Shown: positions 38,806 to 51,818 of the stretch, one piece after another
How the letters are laid out: the number at the start of each line of letters is the position of its first letter
Numbering within the stretch: the stretch's first letter is position 1
DNA from: Dimorphilus gyrociliatus
Taxonomy: Eukaryota > Animalia > Annelida
Reading direction: 5' to 3'
NCBI GenBank assembly: GCA_904063045.1
Contig: CAJFCJ010000006.1
Coordinates: 4,604,408-4,668,407 of the forward strand
DNA length: 64,000 nt
Program-made: the position numbers and the translations under genes
The notes under the pieces: model-generated
The model's database searches: none
What the model saw: the letters and a program-made list of their open reading frames with translations, nothing else
What the model was told of the DNA's origin: nothing

Positions 38806-40707
38806 AGCGGTCTTATTTGTTTTTTGTAGTATTCTTACTCTTTTTTTTCTGTTTTCGTGTTTTTATAGTCTCTGGAATGTATATAAGACGTGCATAATTA
38901 AATATCATGCATATCTAATTGATATTTTCTCCTGTACTAAAACTATTAATAGATTAATAGATAAGTAATAAAATACTTGTAAAAAAGAAATGGTCCTCTT
39001 GATAAACTCATATATAAATATAATCTGTTCAGTATGTATATGTATTTATATATATACACGTAGGCCTAATTAAAATATTGAAATCTTTAAGTGAGAGATA
39101 TTAGTACCAGTATTGATTTCCTATTGAGATAGTGACTTAAAAATGTGTCTATCTTGTGACATTATAGAAAAGAAACTTAAGAAGGTAGAATTAAATTTCG
39201 CGTTCATAATTGAAGCCTTTTGAAAAGGAAAAGAAAGAAAAGCTTTACCTTGTATAGCTAGCCATCGATAACGTTTATATTGCTGTAACATTCTTTTTTC
39301 AAATGTTATTCTACTGAAAATCTTAACTTTACTTCCAATTTACTCTTTTCAACTTCCTCCTTCCGACATTCTAATAATATATCCAATTTATATACTTGTT
39401 TATAGCAACAATCTATATAGTCTCTCTCTTTCTATTAAGCAATTACAAGAAATAGTATAGTCTAAGAGTTAAGTCAATTAATAAAAATTATATATGGCGA
39501 TATTTTATAATAATTTACCTAGAAACTTTAACTATTTATCCAAATATTGAATATTCAGCCGTATCGGAGAAATTATCGATCACGTGACATTTGTGGGCAT
39601 AAGGTACCTTGGGACAGTCTAGACTACGAGAAACGCAACAGGTGGAGCATAAAGAAACCGTCGATCGTTTGCGCTGTTTGCAGTCTAAAACGCTAGGTAA
39701 GTTTTTTTTTGTTTGATTTATACGTTTTGGTGAATTTATTTCGTTACGTCTTAAAGTAATTATATTAGGGAAAGACAAAGAAAGAAATGGAGAGAGAGAG
39801 AGATAGGGAGAATGAGAGAGAATCGATGTATAGTTAGGCAATGTCGATTGATTAGAAATTATAAATGTTTTTCTTCAACTTTCCCTTTCGCCTCTAGTCA
39901 TTAAGAATGAAGGATAATTAATAACCTCTCAATAACTCTCTCAGGCACAAAGGGTAAGAGTTTTTTCAACGGTATTCACCGTTAGCATTCCTTATACGAC
40001 AAAGTGTTGATGGACTATAATATGACCGTTGCATACTTAATTTACAATTGAAATATGGAAACCATTCGCTAAAGTTATCATTTTCGGTAAAAGATACGCT
40101 AAGATTGTTAAATTTTTTGCGTGATGTTTTGTTTCTTCTGTATACGGCGTACATAAACACAAATGTAGCCATAACATATTTAATATCATAGACTTCCAAG
40201 AAAAATTTAAGTAATATTAATAAAACAAATATAACTTTTACAACCTATTAATATAGAAAGAACAATAGTTAAAAGGAGGATATTCAAAGGTCAAAAATAT
40301 TGTCAAGTTTTATCCGCACGCAAGTAAAAATTGGCCTAATATAGGCTTAATTGTAATAGAAAATTGCAAAAACTGATAAGACAGAGTAGACATACGAACA
40401 GTCTTTAAATAAAGTGTAAAACTTGTTTTACATGGAAACAAGACTTTCAAGTTTAATTTTTATTTAATATACAAGAATTAATGAGATCCTCCAACTGCAA
40501 TTTCTGCAACCACGCTATCTATTTGTCAGAAAAAACTTATGCATGCATGCTTTTAGCGTGTAAACATAGTTATAATAACAATATATTTTCATAGAATCTC
40601 ATTAAATCCATATTATACATACAAAACTGCCTTATTCAGCGTCGTCACGTTTTAATAGCAATTCAAGACCCTTTCCCAAGCCGGACAATCAATAGACGCC
40701 CTAACGC

Positions 40708-40717
40708 GCGCATGCGC
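40708..40717. promoter_or_regulatory. NRF1-type palindrome GCGCATGCGC upstream of the GPCR
   Basis: Exact palindrome about 165 nt before ATG 40881, next to an AGACGCC motif. Confidence 0.45.
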
Positions 40718-40880
40718 TAGAAAAAGAAATATAAACGGAGGGTTGGTGCGAAGTTTCACGAATTGATTAATATATACGGATAAGATAAGCTGAATGCGAT
40801 AACACGGAGCGAGTAAATTTGAGATTGAAAGCTACAAGTAGCGGCAGTAGACGAATTGCGGTTGGACCGCAAAGCGCAGT

Positions 40881-43186
40881 ATGCGAATTTTGCTGTTTAC
40901 TGTCTTTTTTGGATATGTACAGCCAATATGTAGAGATCCGTGGTTCAAGGATAAACCAGAGATTTTTGCCAGGAAAACGTGTGGTAAATGTTTTGATCAT
41001 CTCTTCTCGAGAAAGGGTATTCTTGACTTGAATGTAACCGGTCCGTATTACCTACAAAGACTCAATATTACCTATGAACCTGTAGCTGGAAAAGATTCTA
41101 TAGTCTGTAGGAAATTTTTGAATAAAGACGAATGCCGCAAATGGACGACATGTTGCGAAACAGCTCGCAAGTGTTGTCTGATGCAAATGAATGAAAGAAA
41201 ATTCAAAGAAAATGACTGTCCCGCTACATGGGACGGAATCGCATGCTGGCGGAGAACAAGCGGTGGAAGAACGGTTAGCCAAAAATGTCCAATGTATTTT
41301 GCTAACGAATGGACATTCTGGAGGAGTCCAAGGGCCAAGAAGACATGTTTTGATAACGGAACATGGTTAACTCATCCAACATACGGAAATGAGTGGACTG
41401 ACTTTAACGAGTGCCACGATACAAAGGTATATATTTATATATTGTATTTACACTCGGGAAAATCTAGTTTGTTTACAGTATGATATAAAGATAATGAAAA
41501 TAGGCCTTTATGTAGAATTTGCCGGGCAATCCATCAGCATATCGTCACTCTTATTGAGTATCTTTCTAATCTTCTTAATAAAGAATCTACGCCAATCTTT
41601 ATTGAATACCGAAGGAAATCGTTTACATATTAACCTTTTCTTCGCCATGCTCTTCTCCTCCATAGCGAGAACTGCAACGAATATTATGGTTTTTGACCGT
41701 TTTCAAAATATAAGAAAACCTGCCGATACTTTTATGGCGGCTCATCCAAACTGGTGCAGATTATTGCATGTCAGCGAACAGTATGGTTATAGTTGCGTCT
41801 ACGGAGCAATGCTCTGCGAAGGCGTCTATTTATATAAAAGAATTTCTAAAGTAATGCAGATTGTTCAAGCAGAATCGCTAATGAAATATATTCTCTTTAC
41901 GTGGAGTAAGTATCTTTTTAATAAAGTTAATAGGACGCTCTCGTAATTTTTCCGTATTATTACTTTCCTTATTCTTTTCAATCTCTTTTTCAATATGTAT
42001 TATCCTTCACGTCTATTTGTTTTTCCTCTCTACATTAAAACGTATATTTCTCGTTTTTTATTAATTCGAACGCCATCTACAGTTTGCCCCGTTCTTACTG
42101 TTGGAACTTATTCGATTGTTATGTTAGTTAAAGAAAAAGGTAACAGGTGTTGGACGGTGTCCTCTTCTCCATCTCTGCATAATTTTCAGTACATTCAACA
42201 CGTCCCCAATATGATCTTTCTCACGGTAAGCTGTTTACTTTCTTAATCAATTTTTATCCTTTCTCTTCCTCATTCTTGTTTGATAAATAGATTCATTTTA
42301 ATAGAAAAAAAACTATCAAATAAAGAAATAAAAATCGTATTTGATTTAATATTTCATTTTATTCCTTTTTACAGTTAAATACCTTCTTTTTAATCCGAAT
42401 CGAGTACATTCTCTGCACCAAACTACGATCAAACGTCAGTGATTCGAGAATTTACGCCCTAAGGTTCTTTTTTTTCATTTTTACCATTTCACTTATCCTA
42501 AGCAGGGAAAAAAAACTAACATAAAAGGGACAAATTATAAAAATAAGGAGAAGTAATTTTTTTTATTTTTGAGTACCGTTCAGAGAGACTTTTACTATTC
42601 TCTCTCTCATTTATCATTCTCTTTTTGTTTCGTACAATTGCATACAAATATATGCTTTTTGCTTATATATCTAACTGTATTTACTGTTTTTAATAGGCGA
42701 GCACTCAGAGCTACTTTCTTCCTCATTCCGGTTTTTGGAATACAATTCTTCTTCATTCTCTACACTCCAAAATTTTATCCTCCATATCAAGTGATTGCAA
42801 GCATTGTTCAGAGCAGTCAAGTACGTAAGATTGAACAAATAAAAGTATACAATGTATCTCTTTAAAATATTAGATAATATTAACAGAGCTTTATCTATTT
42901 TAACATTTTAATAATCCATATCTCTTTATTAGATGTTACAACTAAAGAAATAAGCTATATAGCAACATCTATACAGTACATAAACTATTGTATAATTTCA
43001 ATATCATATAAGTCTGTTTTAATAATAAAAATAATGCCGTACAATTAACTATATGGAAGATTATTTTTATTTGTTTATAATAATATTTGTAGCATCTGTC
43101 GGAATTGCCAATCCGACAAAAAACTATTTTTATAAAATTATAGAAAATTAAATATAATGCAAGAATTAAGTTAGGATATATTATTC

Positions 43187-43218
<32 letters not shown>

Positions 43219-43552
43219 GAGTGTGTGTGTTTAGAGAGAGAGAGAGAGAGTGAGTGAGTGAGTGAGTGAGAAAAAAAGAGTTAGTAAGTGAGATAATATA
43301 AAGTTTCAAGTACAAACACAAGTCTAATATTCTTACTAAAGAATTTACTAATGAAAAAAATAACATTCCTATCGAGATAATCTTTTTTATTAATGAATAA
43401 AAGTTTCTTTCATAATATTTAATTAAGGAGAAAGACAAAAAGAAAGCACATTAAAACTTTTACTTATTGGAATAATAGATGTAGTAAAATCAATAAATAA
43501 ACAACGCTTTATTGGTTATTAGATACGAATATTTTGTATAATATAGTATAAA

Positions 43553-43589
<37 letters not shown>

Positions 43590-43884
43590 TATATATATAT
43601 AGAAATTATTTGATTCACCTTAAACTGTAAAATGATTCTTTTTTTATAGGGTTTCTTGGTTGCTACTTTGTACTGCTTCACCACTAAAGAGGTTCGTTTT
43701 ATACTTACTCGTTTTCTATTCTTCTTCAGAAATCTCTCATTAAATTAAACTTGTTTATGTACTATATATATACAGTATATATATATATACAGTATGTTAT
43801 ATAATTTAATTATACACTTTAAATAATTTTAATTTTCTTTTTTCTCCTTTTGCTTTCTACTTCTACCCTCTTCCTTCCTTTCTC

Positions 43885-43933
<49 letters not shown>

Positions 43934-44698
43934 TATTACTCAAAACTCCCAATCAAAACAAACAAACAATTACTAAAAAGCATAAACCAGTTAAAAGATC
44001 AAACAAACAAATAAAAGTTATACTAAAATACAACGTTTTCCGTAAGTATTTGGCATGATGGAGACGTCTGTTCTTTATCTATCTATTCCTCGTTCTCTCT
44101 TTTTTTTCTTTCTTTCTTCTTTCAATGCTCTGCCTAACTATCTCTTTCTCTTTTACTTTTGTTCTATTACTCTATACCATTTTTTTCTTTTAATTGCATG
44201 GTAAATGTCTGAGTTATTGGTATGTTTTCTTTTTTGTTTCTTTTAAACATCATTCGGACAAGTGAAGAAATGTTCAAGAATAATGTTTCAAGTTCTTTTA
44301 GTTTGCTTTCATTTATAGAGTTACGGACTTAAAAGACCCTTTTTCATTAGGTGTGCGATGCTAGAAGAAGAGCGTTCGAAAATTGCCGGAAAGCGTCACG
44401 AGAGGCCCGAAAAGAGTCCCAAATGTCCATGACGAGGCTGTCTAGGTTATCAGTCGATTTTAATAGATCGAAGAAAGTTAAACCTAGTCTACCAGATTTA
44501 ATACGACATTATATGAATAGAAGGCAATCGAGGAGTTCCCAACAATCAACTTCCTCAACGACAACCGATATCGAATCGGAAACAGCGTCGCACAAATTAT
44601 CCGAACTGTCCGAACGATATCCCTTAAAACCGATCGTCGAAGCGGAAAACTCTTCCGGAGAGCGACATCTGACGGCTGAAAACGTCAAACTGAACTGA
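40881..44698 (+). CDS. Class B (secretin-family) GPCR, calcitonin/CGRP/DH31-receptor-like. Exons 40881-41426, 41479-41905, 42083-42225, 42375-42463, 42697-42820, 43650-43691, 44351-44698
   Basis: Hormone-receptor domain CPATWDGIACW...CP...KTCFDNGTW...WTDFNEC. TM motifs LHINLF, MLCEGVYL, RALRATFFLIPVFG and QGFLVATLYCFTTKEV. Confidence 0.92.
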
Positions 44699-45070
44699 CA
44701 AACACCGACTGTTTTTGTTGTTTTCTTCTTTCTCTTTGGCGTTTTATATACATGTCTCGCGTGTAAACATATGCTTGAAACGTGCGCGCATATAATATAA
44801 CATTAGCATATATACAGAAACGGGTGGGTTAGCCGAAATAATACGAGTATAGCGGGGGCGAAAGGCGAAAGAGAATGAGCAGAAGTACATGGGGGCAGGT
44901 GTGTGCCAGAAACGGACTTCCTATAAAAAAAATGAATAAAAACCTCTCTTCTCTTTAGCTTTCATATAACTTTTCATATCTTGTTTATTTAAATAAACAT
45001 ATTTATTAAATGTTTAAATTAACAACTTGGCAATTTTTCACACAATATATAAACTATATATCTAATACTA

Positions 45071-45101
<31 letters not shown>

Positions 45102-45566
45102 TTAGAATATATGCTGTAATCTACTGAGATATATACTTTATATATATATATATATTAAGATATACTATACATAAATATATGTATATACTGTATAACCTGT
45201 ATATATTATATACTTAAGCATATTTATATATACTATATAAAGCATACCGTTGATATACATATGTATATATATTTAGTATTAATGCATCTCTCTCTCACTC
45301 ACTGTCTCTCTCTCTCTCTCTCTCTCTCTCGCTCTTTTTCACTCTCTCTCGTCTACTTTCTTTTTTTAAAATAAAAGAAATTTTTCTCAGCTATATAGAT
45401 CTAGGCCTACCTTTTTAAAAAGCGTGGGTAAAGCGGCAGCTGTCACAGGCCTTTATGTACTGGAGAACTTTCATAAACGATTATTATTTGCGGTAGGTCG
45501 CTCGAAGTCGAGAATTGTGCTTCCAGAGCGCCGTCTGCCGGTAACGCGGAAGAGAAAAAAGCGGGG

Positions 45567-48238
45567 ATGGAATTGCGGCCACAGAAGGGAGCTATGCTTG
45601 CCGTTCTCGCCGCATTTTTTGCCCTCCATATCGGTAACGTAAGGATGAGTCAAAACGAGGTTAGACCAACTTAATATTTTTTTTCTTTACTAAGGCCTAT
45701 TCATATATCATTATGTTTCTATATTTGTATAGGACCTTACGCAATCATTCAACGATCCAATGTGGCCGAAAATGTGGTACTTGGTAAGGAAATGTGTTTT
45801 TACCACTAAACTTTCTTACTTTTTTCTACTTCTCTGTCTCTCTCTCTCTCTCTCTCACTTTCTCCATATTCTTCTTACTCCTCTGACTCTTCTTACACTT
45901 CTCTTTTACTCTCGCGCTGAATTCTTCTACCTCTTTCTCACTTTCATCCAATCACTCCTTTATCTATCAATCTATCTATCTATCTACCTATCACTCATTC
46001 CTCTTATTTTCCTCGGCAAATTTAATACCCTATTACTTTTCATTCATTGCGTTTTCTTTTCTTTTAGCGAAATGTTGCGCAATTAATTCTTTTATTTATA
46101 CTGTACACTTTATCTAATTATCTTATCTACGAAGCTCTGATTTACTGCAGCGACAACAAAGTGGCATGCGAATAGCCGAGGCTTGGCAAAGGCTCGGTGT
46201 TTCAGGAAAGAATACAACTATAGCTGTAGTTGATGATACATTAGATGTAACCAATAAAGAGTTAAAGAGGAGGATATTGAGAAATCATGACGTCACGGAT
46301 AACGTCACCAACAAACCGGAAGATGAAAGAAGGTGGACTCATGGTACAGATGTTATGTCAGTGGCGGCAGGGGAGGGTAATAATTCGTACTGTGGAGTGG
46401 GTGTTGCCTATGAAGCTTTTCTGATAGGTATTAACCCTCTTAGCGCGGAGAAAGTGGACGAAAAAATGTCAAGGGCTTTTCGAATTGCTGCTGCAGAGAG
46501 TGATATCGCCGTAGCAGCTTGGGGACCTGAGCCGCACGTGTATTCGGGACCCAAAGAATCGCTGAGAATAGCTTTAAAGCAAGCGGAAACCGCCAGGGAC
46601 GGTCGCGGTCTAATAATTGTGCATGCGGCCGGAAACGGTGGTTATAATGACGATTGCGCTTACGACGGTTACTCAACATCACCAATCATGCTTAGCGTCA
46701 CTTCTGTCTATAAGTCGCTTAAGAGACCTCTGTATAACGAAAAGTGTTCCTCAGCCTTGATTACTGCCTACACATCGAGTGTTTCGAGATACGATAATAA
46801 CTTGGATAGTTTAGTATGGACATCAGGATCGGGATCAAACGGTGGCTATTGCAAAAATGACTTTTCCGCTACATCAGCCTCAGCTGCTCTAATAACCGGC
46901 GTCTCCTCCCTATTAATAGACGCTAACCCAGCGTTAAGCTGGCGAGACGTTCAATATATTTTCGCGCTTACTGCCCGTGTCTTTGGAGAAATGGAGAGTG
47001 TTAGTTTTCAATTTAACTCTGCAGGATTGGCCTTTAATAAATTCTTTGGATTCGGTTTGGCCGATGCTTACGGGGCTGTAAGACTGGCTCTAAGTTGGCC
47101 AGGAGTGGGTCCGAGAAAAAACTGCTCAATTACTTCGTTGAACACCCATTCCAATTCAACATTCCGTGTCCGTATTTCCGCCATCAATTGCCTTGTTCGA
47201 TATGTCGAACATGTCACTCTTGCTCTTGATTTAAAGTCATCGAGTCGACAAAATCTAAGAGCGACAATAACTTCTCCATCAGGTATTACATCGTCCATTT
47301 TAAGCGGTATTGTCCCTGATACAAAGGTGAAAAACATCGATCTTAATTTTAGTTCCAAAGACAATGCTAACTGGCCTTTTATGACTGTTCACTTTTGGGG
47401 AGAAAAAGCGTTAGGTGATTGGATAATAAGAGTTGAACCGAAATCCTCTTTTTCTAACTTTGTATCAGCTACCTTATCAATTTACGGAACGGATGTTGAA
47501 GCGCCAATATATCTTCGTTCTTGTAGACTTGAAGATGACAGCGAAACTGAAGACATAACATTCAAGGACATGTTTGGCGTGTGGGTGTCCTTAACTGACA
47601 ATCGTCGATTGCAGATAAAAAGAAAAAAACTACCTCAAGCATGTCATCGATGTGTGTGTCCAACTGCAGAGTTCTTTGAAGATGGTAAACTTGATTCTTC
47701 GAAGTTAACTTTTGCGTCAGGATACGCTAGAGATTTATTTAACAAGTCATCTTTACATTTTTATCCAGTTATTTACAGTGATTTAACAATAATAGTTGAT
47801 ATTGATTATTCTGAAAAAAATATGATTATAGTCAATTTTTCCACCGGAAATAATACAAGAAAATTGAAGATGAGAAAAGAAAACCGAGTAAATTTACAGG
47901 AAACAACTAATGTCGATAAAACACAAACCGAATCAATACAAACCGAGTCGACGTTAACATCGACAGCGTCAACATCGTCAACACTGTCAAGAACAAGGCA
48001 GTCAGAGACAACTAAAAATATTGTTATCAGTTCATCCAAAGCACCGAAGACAATTTACGAACATTCTAACGAATTTCATTACTATCTCATTATTATCATA
48101 TTCTTATCACTCGTTATTGCCGCATTAGTAATTTCGTTGATTATCGTAACAGCTAAGGTGAAGAGGTTAGAAAAGAGAAAAAAAAGACAAGGGAATGATG
48201 TTCATTTACATCTATTCAAAAATGTTAACGTACTCTAA
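45567..48238 (+). CDS. Furin/kexin-like (S8B) type I membrane protease lacking a prodomain. Exons 45567-45659, 45733-45783, 46151-48238
   Basis: Signal peptide, FNDPMWPKMWYL, catalytic-site motifs VVDD / HGT / AAGNGG / ATSAS, P-domain (VEHV..., NWPFMTVHFWGEK..GDW), S/T-rich stalk, TM helix and a short basic tail. Confidence 0.9.
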
Positions 48239-51200
48239 AAAACTTTTATTATTGTTTTGATTGTTTTTTTTTCTGTCTTTCTTTCTTTCTTTCTTTTTTT
48301 ATCATTTTCTTTCAACTTCTTTTTTATTTATTAACATTTTTCTACATTTTTCTATAAAGTATATGCATTTATATATATATATATATATACAGTATAAATA
48401 TACAGTATATATATATACAGTATATATATTTATGAAGAGGAAGAAGAGGGGGAGATAGGAGGAGAAATATAAATAAATAGGAAATTCCTTCCAAACAAGA
48501 TATACACTTTTATGACTTGTTCATAATTCTTTCTTTATAATAAATGGTGTAGGCTACACAATAAAACTAGACTGAACTATAAAGCTGAATAAATAATGAC
48601 TTTATTTGTTCATGGTCAATTAGCTGTAGTGGTATTTTGGTAAGTAATTGCAAGAGATGTGCTAATAATTACAGTTTATATCGTCCTTCTAGAAATATTG
48701 GAATAATATTATATATGTATATATATATAAGCTTTTTTTAAATCATATACTGTTATACATATATATATAGCTGTTTTTTTTATACAAAATGTACTATATA
48801 TATGGTTGTTTTTATTGTTTTAATTTGATAAACTTTGATAAATTATAGACTAAATTCTATCTTTTACTCTACTTTTCTTTTTCTTTTTTTATTATTATTT
48901 TACAGTTTACAAGGTCTATCTCATAGGCTTACAAATGTATATACATTTCCATGTGTACCAGGTTACACTTTCGCATATTCAGTTCACGTATTTCTCAATA
49001 CGAAACCTGAATACATCTACTTTATGTGCTTTAAAGTAAATAAGCCGATTAATTGGAATTCATACTATAAAGATTCAATAAATAAAATAGATAAGTTAGA
49101 TATATACAGTCTATACACGTTAGTATGTGTGTATAACCCGTTAATAAATTTATTTTTCTATATCTTTATGTTATTTTTAATATAGTTCATTTGAAATTAT
49201 AGAAATATACAAGTTCAATTGTCATATAAATATAGAAATAAAAGTTGTTTTATACTCCTTTATTGATATATGATCAATTCATCTTTTTTTTGTTATTCTA
49301 GATCTTCTCTATTACATCTTTTATTTATTATTTAATTTTAAATTTAATATCATTCATTCATTCTTCTTCTTTTATTAGTAATACCATTATTATCAATAAT
49401 ATTATTATTATTCTTTCACCCATTCCCTCCCATCCTTCCTTCCATCTTCTTCTCTAACTCTATCTGTTTTTTTCATAACTTTACAATGAATCATATATAC
49501 TTTTTGTTACAATTGGTTTTTAATAAACAGCATTAGGCCTATGTAGCTTATCAGTGTTATTTCCCAAAACAAAAAACAAAGAAATAAAAAATTTTCTTGT
49601 TGAAAATAATTTTTCCGAATTTGTGTCTTGTGGCGCCATCTATAGGGTTAATTAAAAGAATACAAGCTGTAACACGAAGAAGCTGAATCAAAAAGATGGC
49701 GTGACTGGAAAAAGCCTTAGGAATTAGCCAAAAAAAACGTGCTTCTACAAAGTAACGCCGCTGAGCTAATCAAGGCGTCGAGCGTCGAAGCGAAAAACAA
49801 CACGCTCGACCGGCAAACTGACCGAACTAAAAACGGACGACGTCGGCTCTTTGAAGTCGGAACACCATAGCAACCAGTTGGCATCCAAACGTCCCAGTCT
49901 AATGTGTCTCTCAACTATGTAGATGTAAAAATTTCTTATACGGGTTTATATTATATATATATTTTCAATCATTTTCCATTTATATACGTTATATACATAT
50001 AGATATGTACAGTATGTTGGATATATAGTATCAGGCATATATAAAATATGTACCTATACTTTATATATAGCTTTTATAAAATATAAATATATCTGTATAT
50101 GCTGGATATCTAGAGGTTTTATATAATATGCTACGTTTCTATAACTTATATTAAAAGATAAAGAACGAAAGAAAGAGCTCCATTCTTGTGACAAGAAAAT
50201 CTTGGACATACGTTCTCTTCTATATAACGTATGCTTCTTGTTGTTAAGCATCTGTATACCATTACGTAGACACACATATAGTGTATAAGTAAAACTCGAA
50301 ACATGTCTGTTAAGTTACATATAGAATTTTCATAACGTACAGTATATATATATATATATATAAACATATAGAGGTGTACGTCAGTATACCCCGAGCGTCT
50401 CTCTCCATGAAACAATGCGAACCAGACACCTGTTCGCTCTCGCAGATCGCTGTTGAATAGGGTGGCATGACGCGGCATCCGGACGATTCGTCCATTTGCC
50501 AAATGACTGTTTGCTGCGTCTCTCGGCAGCCTAATTAGCGGCGGGACGCTTCGCCTTTTTTAATCTTTATATTACGCCTACAATCCGCATCGTCTAGGCC
50601 TCTATCGGCTTATGTCTGTCCGCCCATCTCAAAAGCGGTTGTCAGTCCCCAGACGGCCTATAAACACTAAATACGATATAATATACTAGCAAGATTGTAA
50701 GTTTCATATAAATATTAATAAAATGAGTCGAAAAATTTCTATATATATATATATATATATATGTTTATTTATATATACAATATGTACAGTATAGACAGTA
50801 TATATACATATACATTTCAGTATTTATTTAATAATGTTGTTAAATATATTTTAAAATTAACATCGTCACATATTCTTTTTTATTTACTATATACCTTCAA
50901 CATGAGACGTCCGCACTGTATAGTATATACGCAGTATGTATTTTGTACCTAGGCCTATTAAAGGGGCGTCTAACGATCGCGTACTGCAGGTATACGCTCG
51001 AATTGAAAGGCGTTTTCTGCACCGAACGAACGCAGGCGGTTTGCACCTAGCCGACGCCGACAATGCGCCGACTTTCGCGCTTTGCCATTCATGCATGCTA
51101 GAGGAGAGAAAAAAATTGCAAATTTCCAAAGCATCTAGTCGACCTATTACGGCGTTTTTCTGTACGTCGAGCGGGACGCGGCGCTCGGTAATGAGTAACT

Positions 51201-51818
51201 CGACACCTGCAATCATCTCTTACTCTCGTCCTGTTGCAGTCGCGACAGTTTGTTTTTGTTTTTTTCGCCCACGAAACACCAAAAGAAAAAAAAACTACGT
51301 ATTTTAGCAAATATAAAGAATATTTAACGCTTTTTGTTACAAATTTTACACGCATAGGTGAATAAATATTCATACAGTATACATTTCACAGTATATGAAC
51401 AGTTTATACCTATATACTCGAGTAAATATCTATATACCTACGCACCTAATTCAAATCTCTCTTAGCTCTGAAAATTCTTATTATTAATCTAAATAACATA
51501 AAGGTACTAATTATTGTCAGGTTGAGTATTATTTTAAGGCCCAAAAACAGCTCTCAGAACGGAGAACAAAGGAGAAAAGGAGAAATTTAAATATCTACAA
51601 AAAATTATAATAATAAATTAAATACTGTTCCTACTTAAAGATATATAAGTTGTAGAGTATATAGAGGAGAGAGGTATTGGCAAAAAAGGACTATATACAA
51701 CATATATTACGGTACGTCCGGAGCTCCATCTATAGCTGATTATACTAATGAGCTATCTTTCGCCGTGTCGGGGAGCCTATACACCGCATCGCGGCGTCCC
51801 GGCAGTTGAAACGCCGCC

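Noticed and set aside
49700-49920. GC-richer block with a 65-aa minus ORF and a YY1/CTCF-like core
   Set aside because: The ORF starts at TTG and has no homology cue, and no snRNA or SRP signature was recognised; probably NOL4 upstream regulatory DNA.
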